Part shown: positions 56,638 through 64,000 of the stretch, piece after piece
Layout of the letters: the number at the start of each line of letters is the position of its first letter
Numbering within the stretch: position 1 is the first letter of the stretch
DNA from: a bacterium
Lineage (GTDB): Bacteria; UBA8248
Direction: 5' to 3'
DNA: 64,000 nucleotides
Assembly (NCBI GenBank): GCA_965213625.1
Contig: CBDBZU010000004.1
Coordinates: 2,784,001 to 2,848,000, forward strand
The notes under the pieces: model-generated
Seen by the model: only the letters and a program-made list of their open reading frames with translations
Told to the model about the DNA's origin: nothing
The model's database searches: none
Position numbers and translations under genes: made by a program

Positions 56638-59319
56638 ATGTCTCCCCACAAAGGCGCCCTGCAAACAAAGAAAGAAAAAAAAACATCAAGCAATAGGCGC
56701 AGTGGTCCGTCTCCTGCAATGCGCCAATACCTGGAAATCAAAAGACGCTATCCGGACGCGATGCTGTTTTTTCAGTTGGGTGATTTTTTTGAAATGTTTT
56801 ATGAAGATGCGAAACTCGGGGCGAAAGTGCTGGAACTCGCATTAACATCGCGCCAGAGTGATGACAAAGGGCCCATACCTATGTGTGGTGTGCCTTGTCA
56901 TTCGGCTTCCTCTTATTGTGGACGATTGTTGGAAGCGGGTTTTAAAGTCGCTATTTGCGAGCAGGTGGAAGACACGGGAGAAAGCAAGGGTGTGGTAAGG
57001 CGTGAGGTGACTCGCGTTCTCACACCGGGCACCTCGATTGCCGACCTCAAATTACTTGATAGTAAGGAATCGCAATACTTGGCGGGTATCACCGTATCGG
57101 CGAGGGAAGGTGAGGCGCTTTGGGGAATGGCATGGCTGGATAGTTCGACCGGTGAGTTTTGTGCGACCCAGGCGGAAGGAGATGCCGCCGAGACGCTTAT
57201 TTGCAATCAATTGGAGAGACTCTCTCCTCGCGAACTCATTTTGCCGGATGTATTTTCCCCGCCCGATGAGTTGAAAAACAAAATTGATGAACTAAGCATT
57301 CATGTTGAAAAAAGGCCGGCCGCCACTTTTCATGAGCCACTTGATTTCAACGGCCTGGATACTATATTTCCAGATGAAGAAAATGTTCGGACGAACCCGT
57401 CTGCTGTTGATTCCGCCGTAGGCATTTTGGCGTATCTCAAAGAAAACCAGCCTGGCGATTTCCCCCATCTCAAGCCTGTGCTTTTTTCCCGACTCTCGGA
57501 CACTATGATTCTCGATGCCGCCACTTTGCGAAATTTAGAACTCACTCGCTCGGCGATGGATCGTGGGAAAAAAGGTACTTTATTTGGTTTGTTGGATGAG
57601 ACGCAGACAGGTATGGGAGGGCGATTGCTGAAAAAATGGGTCCTTTCACCATTGATTCAAAAACAAGCCATTGATTTTCGTGCCGAATCCGTAGAAGAAC
57701 TCGTGAATGATTCCGAAATTCTGAATCAGTTCAAAAACGCTATTGAGCCCATTCAAGATATCGAGCGGCTCCTGGGACGTGTGGGGTCTCAAACTGCGAA
57801 TGCCCGAGATATAGCTGGACTTGGCGGGTCTTTGGCTATGTTGCCGGAGGTCTATGAGGCGATCAAAGGGATGGCTTCGGAGTTGTTTCATTCGGTCGTA
57901 ACGGGGTGGGATTCTCTCGATGATGTAGCGTTGGAACTCAAAAACGCGATTGTGGATGAGCCGCCTGTTTCGATTCGAGAGGGTGGAATTTTTCGCACTG
58001 ATTATGATCAGGAACTTGCAAGGTTGAGAAAGGCGCAGCAGGAGGGTGATTTGTGGCTAAAGGATTATGAAAACAGAGAAAAAGAACGAACGGGACTGCC
58101 TGTGAAAATAGGGTTCAATCGCGTTTTTGGATATTATCTAGAGATATCCAAACGCTTCAGTGATCAGGCGCCAATGGAATATACGCGCAAGCAGACCCTC
58201 GTTTCTGCTGAGCGATACATTACTTCCGAGTTAAAAAAAATGGAAGAAGACATTCTCGGCGCAGAGGAGAGAGCCCATCATCTCGAGTTCATGCTTTTTG
58301 GACGCTTAAGAGCGCAATTATCAAAACAAGCCAAGCGCATTCTTGCCGCCGCTGAGAAAATAGCGATCATAGATGCTATTTTATCCTTGGCGCTTGTTGC
58401 GCGCAAATATGGATATGTCCGACCCCAAATTTTGGATTCTACAGAGCTTGAAATTGTCGAGGGGAGGCATCCCGTCATGGAAGCGGAGAATCCTGGCATA
58501 TCTTTCGTTCCGAACAATTTATCGATCCGTGACGATCACCGAATTCTCATCATTACAGGGCCGAATATGGCGGGAAAATCCACTTACCTGCGTCAATCAG
58601 CGCTGCTCATCCTGATGGCGCAAATTGGCAGTTTCGTACCAGCCAAGAGCGCGAAAATCGGTTTAGTCGATAGAGTGTTCACACGCGTTGGCGCGCATGA
58701 CCGACTGTTGGAGGGACAAAGCACTTTCATGGTTGAGATGGTGGAAACGGCCACCATATTAAGAGAGTCGACGCAAAAGAGTTTCATCGTGCTGGATGAG
58801 GTCGGGCGAGGCACGAGTACATATGATGGAGTGAGCATCGCTTGGTCGATTGTAGAGTATCTTCATAATGAGGTCCTTCACAGGGCGAGGACATTGTTCG
58901 CGACCCATTATCATGAGTTGGCCGAGCTCTCAAAAGAGCTCACCAGTGTGAAAAACTTGACGGTCGAAGTTCGAGAGTGGGGAGATGAAATAGTATTCTT
59001 GCGAAAAGTAAGCGATGGCAGTTGCGATAGAAGCTACGGTATTCAGGTTGGCAGGTTGGCTGGGCTTCCAGAGGAAGTGATCGACCGAGCCAAGACTTTG
59101 CTCTCAAAGTTTGAGAGTACGGAGACAATTTCCAGTTCCAGTGAGGAAAGAAATATTTGGGAAAATCGCCAGGGGAATGGGCAATTGCCTTTATTTTCAT
59201 GTAAGGAATCGCAGATTGAGCAAGTGTTGAAAGACCTTGAACCAGATTCCATGACACCTCGTCAGGCTCTCGATACCATTTATGAACTCCGGAAGATCAT
59301 GGCGGACGTTGAGCAGTAA
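56638..59319 (+). CDS. mutS: DNA mismatch repair protein MutS
   Basis: PAMRQYLEIK, GDFFEMF, PMCGVP, TGPNMAGKSTYLRQ, STFMVEM, DEVGRGTST, FATHYHEL, SYGIQV. Confidence 0.97.
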   Translation: MSPHKGALQTKKEKKTSSNRRSGPSPAMRQYLEIKRRYPDAMLFFQLGDFFEMFYEDAKLGAKVLELALTSRQSDDKGPIPMCGVPCHSASSYCGRLLEAGFKVAICEQVEDTGESKGVVRREVTRVLTPGTSIADLKLLDSKESQYLAGITVSAREGEALWGMAWLDSSTGEFCATQAEGDAAETLICNQLERLSPRELILPDVFSPPDELKNKIDELSIHVEKRPAATFHEPLDFNGLDTIFPDEENVRTNPSAVDSAVGILAYLKENQPGDFPHLKPVLFSRLSDTMILDAATLRNLELTRSAMDRGKKGTLFGLLDETQTGMGGRLLKKWVLSPLIQKQAIDFRAESVEELVNDSEILNQFKNAIEPIQDIERLLGRVGSQTANARDIAGLGGSLAMLPEVYEAIKGMASELFHSVVTGWDSLDDVALELKNAIVDEPPVSIREGGIFRTDYDQELARLRKAQQEGDLWLKDYENREKERTGLPVKIGFNRVFGYYLEISKRFSDQAPMEYTRKQTLVSAERYITSELKKMEEDILGAEERAHHLEFMLFGRLRAQLSKQAKRILAAAEKIAIIDAILSLALVARKYGYVRPQILDSTELEIVEGRHPVMEAENPGISFVPNNLSIRDDHRILIITGPNMAGKSTYLRQSALLILMAQIGSFVPAKSAKIGLVDRVFTRVGAHDRLLEGQSTFMVEMVETATILRESTQKSFIVLDEVGRGTSTYDGVSIAWSIVEYLHNEVLHRARTLFATHYHELAELSKELTSVKNLTVEVREWGDEIVFLRKVSDGSCDRSYGIQVGRLAGLPEEVIDRAKTLLSKFESTETISSSSEERNIWENRQGNGQLPLFSCKESQIEQVLKDLEPDSMTPRQALDTIYELRKIMADVEQ

Positions 59320-59449
59320 AAAAAGTGGAACCAGGTTATGGCGCACCATCTGGAAGTTCTTCATGAGCATGAAGATAGAGAAGCCAAACAAGGCATTGAG
59401 AGCTTTATTCATATGCGATAGCATTGAATTCCAAGGCCAAGGGGAACAT

Positions 59450-60055
59450 ATGTTGTCTAACACCCGGAAAACATTTGTTCTTAGGAAATGCGCCATAGCC
59501 ATCTGTATGGTTTTCGTTTTGGTGGGGCCGGCGCTTTCTGCAACAGATAATCAAGATGGAATCCGACTAAAAGATATTATTGTCATCAAGAAAAATGGGC
59601 AGTTGCTTGTTTTTGGTTCTCTCTTGGGTGCATTTTCTCCAAAATTGTTAGAAGCCATTCATAGCGGTGTGACTACGAAGTTCATCTTTGATGTAAGTCT
59701 CTTTCGCACTCGCAAGCTGATTTATGACTTGGAAGTCACCTCACGGCAATTACATCATCAAGTGAAATATAGTGCTTTAAAAAAAACATACACTTTTTAC
59801 CTCAAAGAAGGTGCGAAAGAGATCGAGAGAAAAGTGACGAGAAGCCAAGGTGAAATGACCGACTGGATGCGTGAATTGAATGGCACGCCCATCGGCTCCG
59901 GTAAGACATTGTCCCCCAAAAGTCGATATTATGTAAAAATAAGAGCGCGGTTGAATCAAGTAGATTTTGTTTTTCCCTTTAATTACTTGCTTGCTTTTTG
60001 GGGGAAGAAATCTGATTGGAACTATTCGCCGACATTTAGTTCTGAGGGAATGTGA
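59450..60055 (+). CDS. Exported DUF4390-like protein
   Basis: Signal peptide (LVGPALSA), EAIHSGV...F.F.V.L; sits directly upstream of the ntrY-like kinase, the usual context for this family. Confidence 0.72.
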   Translation: MLSNTRKTFVLRKCAIAICMVFVLVGPALSATDNQDGIRLKDIIVIKKNGQLLVFGSLLGAFSPKLLEAIHSGVTTKFIFDVSLFRTRKLIYDLEVTSRQLHHQVKYSALKKTYTFYLKEGAKEIERKVTRSQGEMTDWMRELNGTPIGSGKTLSPKSRYYVKIRARLNQVDFVFPFNYLLAFWGKKSDWNYSPTFSSEGM

Positions 60056-60058
60056 ATT

Positions 60059-62323
60059 GTGTATCCAAAGCGACTGAAAAATCTGGAAATCACTTCACGT
60101 CGACGGAGAACACTTCTGCGATCATTCATCGCATTGATCATAATTGCGACTCTTTCATTCACGGCTTGGATTTATTTCAAAGAACTTGAGCCGGGAGTCC
60201 CCTTACTGAACAACGTCGTCGTATTTGCACTAGTGAATCTGAGTATCATTCTGCTCATGGTGGTTATTCTCTTGGTAGCGAAAAACTTGGTACGTCTTTA
60301 CTACGAAGGGAGAACGGGCGCTGGTCGATCGCGTTTGCAATTAAAGCTTGTCTTGGCATTTGTCGGATTTACGCTCATTCCTGTAGTGGCTCTTTTTGTG
60401 GTAGCCAGCGGTTTGATTAATCAAAGTTTTAACGCCCTGTTCAACATGAATGTGGAGAGTGCGCTTAAGGGGTCGTTCGAGGTGGCCCAAACCTATTATC
60501 GCGAGGTGGAGCGAAACACACTATTCAGTGCGAGTCGACTAGCGCTTGCATTGGAGAAGGCGCATCCCGATACATTACAAAACTCCAAGGCAATTGAAGG
60601 AATTTTAGAGTCGGAGAGAAAGAGCTTCGGAGCAGATATTATCCAACTCTATGATCGAAAGAGAAACGAGATCGTATCGGTCAGGCGACCTGGGTTAGAA
60701 CGAGACGTAAAGTTTTCGCCATTGGTTGGATACGTGGATCAGGTGATCGATGGGGAATCGCGCTCAAGTATAGAAAATTGGGAAAAAGGCGATGTCATCT
60801 ACGGCGTAGCGCCTTTGAAAATACAGAAAAAAGTGGTGGGGTTTATCGTCGCATCCAAATATGTGCCTGACAGGCTCGTGGAAAAGATTAGGAACATATC
60901 GGATTCTTTTGTAAATTATAAAGAATTGGAACTTTCCAAGAACCCAATCAAAGCTAACTACATTATCACCTTCTTAGTGGTTACTTTGCTTATTCTCTTT
61001 GCCGCCATATGGTTTGGCTTCTACCTCGCTCGCGGAATCACTGTTCCCATCGAAAAATTAGCGGACGCTACAAGGGCGGTGTCTGACGGCGATCTCGAAC
61101 ATCGCGTAGATGCGCAAACAGATGGTGAAGTGGGGATTTTGGTCAACGCCTTTAACAGCATGACGGAAGAATTGCTGGCTAACAAAGAAAAAATCGAAGA
61201 GTCCTCTGAAATTTTACGCCGTTCCAACTTGGAAATCGACAGAAGACGTAGATATATGGAAGCGATGCTCGAAAATATTGGAGCGGGTGTGATATCAATC
61301 AATCGCAGAGGGCGCGTTACAATTCTCAACAAAGCGGCAGGGGAATTATTGAGCATTGAACCTCAGGATGCCGTGGGACGAATGTTCAGCGAGGTTTTCG
61401 AAAGCGCGCATCTCGAGCCTGTTCGTCAGTTGATGCGTTCCATGAGAGATCGAGAACACCAAAGCGCTTCAAAACAAGTGGAGGTCATGATTGATGGCCA
61501 TGTAATTACGCTACGCGCAAGCTTAACCCTGCTCAAAAGCGCTGATGGCGGCAGGCTAGGGGCTGTTATTGTATTTGATGATATGACGGCCTTGATTCGG
61601 GCTCAAAAAGTGGCCGCATGGCAAGAGGTGGCTCGCGGCATCGCGCATGAGATCAAAAATCCACTTACTCCGATTCAACTCTCTGCTCAGAGAATGAGGC
61701 GGAAATTTGAGAGTGAGTCTTACGACTTTGCTGAAGTATTCGAATCTTGCACGGATACCATTATCAATCAGGTGACAAGTTTGATTGAAATGGTGAATGA
61801 ATTCAGCCGGTTTGCGAGAATGCCAGAGCCGAGATTGAGGCTTTGTGAATTTGTGCCCCTTATTGAAGAAGTTGCAAATTTATATCGTGGCAGAAAGGGG
61901 AATGTGAAATTTTCTATCCATATCAACACCGAGAATGCAGCTGTCATGGCAGATCCCGAGCAGTTGCAGCGCGTGTTCATCAATTTGTTGGAAAACGCTT
62001 TTGAATCGCACGAAATCGGAGGTGAGATAGATTTGCAATCATGGAGTGATATGGACAGAAATCTGATAGTTGTTGAAGTTGCCGACCAAGGGCAGGGCAT
62101 ATCGGAAGATATGAAAGACCATATTTTCTCACCGTACTTTTCTACTAAAGATCGGGGTTCTGGTTTAGGTTTGGCTATATGCAACCGTATTGTAGCAGAT
62201 CATAATGGGACCATTAACGTGCGGGATAATCACCCAGCGGGTTCCGTTTTTCGCGTAACGTTGCCGCTGGCGCCTGCAGTAGACATTACGCCTGAAAAGC
62301 AAAGGACAGCTTCCATTGGATAA
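60059..62323 (+). CDS. ntrY: NtrY-like membrane sensor histidine kinase (HAMP, PAS, HisKA, HATPase)
   Basis: N-terminal TM helices, HAMP (GEVGILVNAFNSMT), AWQEVARGIAHEIKNPLTPIQLSAQR, NLLENA, DQGQG, GSGLGLAI. Confidence 0.9.
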   Translation: MYPKRLKNLEITSRRRRTLLRSFIALIIIATLSFTAWIYFKELEPGVPLLNNVVVFALVNLSIILLMVVILLVAKNLVRLYYEGRTGAGRSRLQLKLVLAFVGFTLIPVVALFVVASGLINQSFNALFNMNVESALKGSFEVAQTYYREVERNTLFSASRLALALEKAHPDTLQNSKAIEGILESERKSFGADIIQLYDRKRNEIVSVRRPGLERDVKFSPLVGYVDQVIDGESRSSIENWEKGDVIYGVAPLKIQKKVVGFIVASKYVPDRLVEKIRNISDSFVNYKELELSKNPIKANYIITFLVVTLLILFAAIWFGFYLARGITVPIEKLADATRAVSDGDLEHRVDAQTDGEVGILVNAFNSMTEELLANKEKIEESSEILRRSNLEIDRRRRYMEAMLENIGAGVISINRRGRVTILNKAAGELLSIEPQDAVGRMFSEVFESAHLEPVRQLMRSMRDREHQSASKQVEVMIDGHVITLRASLTLLKSADGGRLGAVIVFDDMTALIRAQKVAAWQEVARGIAHEIKNPLTPIQLSAQRMRRKFESESYDFAEVFESCTDTIINQVTSLIEMVNEFSRFARMPEPRLRLCEFVPLIEEVANLYRGRKGNVKFSIHINTENAAVMADPEQLQRVFINLLENAFESHEIGGEIDLQSWSDMDRNLIVVEVADQGQGISEDMKDHIFSPYFSTKDRGSGLGLAICNRIVADHNGTINVRDNHPAGSVFRVTLPLAPAVDITPEKQRTASIG

Positions 62324-64000
62324 GGGACATGTGCTCATCGTGGATGATGAGCGTGAAATACTCACGAGCTTGGAAGATGTGTTAAACGATGAAGGATATC
62401 GTGTCGAACGTGCCGAGTCTGGAGAAACGGCCCTGCAATTGGTTCGTACTGAAACTCCGGATGTAGTTTTGGTTGATGTGTGGATGCCTGGCATTGATGG
62501 AATCAAGACATTGCAAGCAGTGAAAGAGTCGAACGCGGATATTGAAGTCGTCGTGATGTCGGGCCACGGCAACATAGAAACCGCTGTTGCCGCTACAAAG
62601 TTGGGCGCTTTTAATTTTATTGAAAAACCCCTGTCTATTGATGCGGTTTTGCGTATAGTCGATTCCGCTGTTCAAGCGCGAAGAGCCAAGGAGCTAAAGG
62701 CGAGTGATGTTGTCGATGTAATGCTTGATGGTAATAGCAAGAATATTCAAAAAGTTCGGCGGGCCATACGTAAAGCTGCGAAAGAATACAGCCCTTTGCT
62801 AATCGCAGGTGAAAGAGGTACTGGGAAGCGTTTTGTTGCCAGGGTAATTCATAAAAACGGCATGAAAAAAGAAGAAGGCTTTAGGCCCGTTCATTGCCGT
62901 TCGCTGTTTCCTATGACGGAGATTAGCGAATGGGAAAATACCTTGGAACGGTTGTTGCCAGATGCCTATCAAGGGACGGTATATCTTGATGGTTTGGAGC
63001 AGCTACCCATGGCGGAGCGGGAGTTATTTCTTGCGAGATTTCTTGGTCATACGAAAGAATCAATGCGTTTGATGGTATCCGTTGATTATATGGGTGCCCT
63101 GAATGACAAGGCCGATGTAAAAGCTTTATCCTCAAAAATAGGCGTTGATGTAATTCACCTGCCCCCTTTGCGCGAACGTAAAGAGGATATTTTGCCGTTG
63201 GCCAATAAATTTTTGAATGAATGTAATGAAGCTGGAAGGGATAAGAAAGAATTTTCAGAGGATGTCATTGCGCTTCTAGAAGATTATGATTGGCCAGGCA
63301 ATATTGCTGAATTGAAAGGCGCGGTGACCAAAGCGTCATATTCATCCCAAGGCTCGGAAATTGATGTCAGCCACTTGCCGTACGCAATACGCGAAGCTTC
63401 TGATTTAGCGGCGCACACATCTTCAAAAAATGACGCTCCTTCTAATTTTAATGTGGCCAGAACCCAGTGGGAGAGACAATACCTTTCCTTCCATTTGGAG
63501 GAGCACGGTTGGGATATCCACAAAACCGCCCAAGCGGTGGGAATGACGAAACAAGCTTTAAAACGAAAAATTAAAGCATACAATATCGAGCCCGTAACGT
63601 CGGCGTCGACGATGATTAGGGAAACAAATCAAAGGAGTATCTCGAAAAGTGTCGTGTTGTACGGCCGAGGGCTTCATTCAGGGTTGAAGACCGGATTAAT
63701 CATCGAACCCTTGCCGCCGGGGAGCGGAATTCAATTCGGCAACCTGACAAGTCCCGATACCGTGAGAGCAAATGTTGATTTTGTGGATGGCACCAACCAT
63801 GCAACTAACTTGCGCAATGGAACTGTAACGGCTCGGACAATAGAGCATCTCATGAGCGCGCTACACGCTTATAAGATAAGCAATATACTCATCAAGATGA
63901 GTGAAGAAGTGCCTGTTATGGATGGGTCGGCAGTAGAGTTTTGTCGCTTGCTCGAAGAAGCGGGCATTGAAGATCAGAAACAAAAATGTGATGACTTGTG
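62316..64000 (+). CDS. lpxC: NtrX-like response regulator fused to UDP-3-O-acyl-GlcNAc deacetylase LpxC (3' truncated by the window)
   Basis: Manual translation from TTG 62316 shows no stop: VLIVDDE, DVWMPGIDG, MSGHGNIETAV, FIEKP; GERGTGK, LPPLRERKEDI, WPGN; Fis-like HTH; then QRSISKSVVLYGRGLHSG, TIEHLMSAL and EVPVMDGSA. Confidence 0.9.
   Translation, partial: MDKGHVLIVDDEREILTSLEDVLNDEGYRVERAESGETALQLVRTETPDVVLVDVWMPGIDGIKTLQAVKESNADIEVVVMSGHGNIETAVAATKLGAFNFIEKPLSIDAVLRIVDSAVQARRAKELKASDVVDVMLDGNSKNIQKVRRAIRKAAKEYSPLLIAGERGTGKRFVARVIHKNGMKKEEGFRPVHCRSLFPMTEISEWENTLERLLPDAYQGTVYLDGLEQLPMAERELFLARFLGHTKESMRLMVSVDYMGALNDKADVKALSSKIGVDVIHLPPLRERKEDILPLANKFLNECNEAGRDKKEFSEDVIALLEDYDWPGNIAELKGAVTKASYSSQGSEIDVSHLPYAIREASDLAAHTSSKNDAPSNFNVARTQWERQYLSFHLEEHGWDIHKTAQAVGMTKQALKRKIKAYNIEPVTSASTMIRETNQRSISKSVVLYGRGLHSGLKTGLIIEPLPPGSGIQFGNLTSPDTVRANVDFVDGTNHATNLRNGTVTARTIEHLMSALHAYKISNILIKMSEEVPVMDGSAVEFCRLLEEAGIEDQKQKCDDL

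Noticed and set aside
59338-59356. Sigma54 promoter upstream of the ntrY unit (TGGCGC...)
   Set aside because: The -12 element reads CTGG rather than TTGC.
63612-64000. Independent lpxC gene starting at ATG 63612
   Set aside because: It is in frame with the upstream regulator, with no intervening stop and no SD; a fusion is more parsimonious, though internal initiation is not excluded.

Overview
A 64 kb bacterial chromosomal window from a diderm. Gene order looks Deltaproteobacteria/Nitrospinota-like, which is an inference. The left part (about 0.8-24 kb) is an accessory-type metabolic patchwork: the end of pnp, oxidoreductases, a bicupin, amidohydrolases, ada, coxG, OsmC, ADH, GNAT, hisS, cobB, a TPP enzyme, comEC, AKR and MFS, interleaved with REP-like palindromic repeats. 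The right part (24-64 kb) is a housekeeping run, almost all on the + strand: aspS, era, rpsU, recO, argS, SPOR, lipA, alaC-hom-apgM-like-lysC, glyQS, ppdK, rib operon, nusB, lptE, holA, rpsT, murJ, xerD, phoH, pgpH-like, ybeY, lapA, mutS, DUF4390 and ntrY. Three items stand out. (1) An ORF missing from the supplied track (62316 to the window end) fuses an NtrX-like response regulator (receiver, degenerate AAA+, Fis-type HTH) in frame to LpxC, directly behind its histidine kinase. (2) A hidden DsbA/FrnE-like selenoprotein has an in-frame UGA in a CxxUxxC motif with a SECIS-like hairpin just downstream. (3) A small GIY-YIG nuclease gene is flanked by REPIN-like pairs of CGTC-tagged palindromes. 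Several full-length proteins carry apparently dead catalytic motifs (ApgM-like, the GCH II domain of RibB, the ComEC C-terminal domain). No rRNA, tRNA or CRISPR array was seen.
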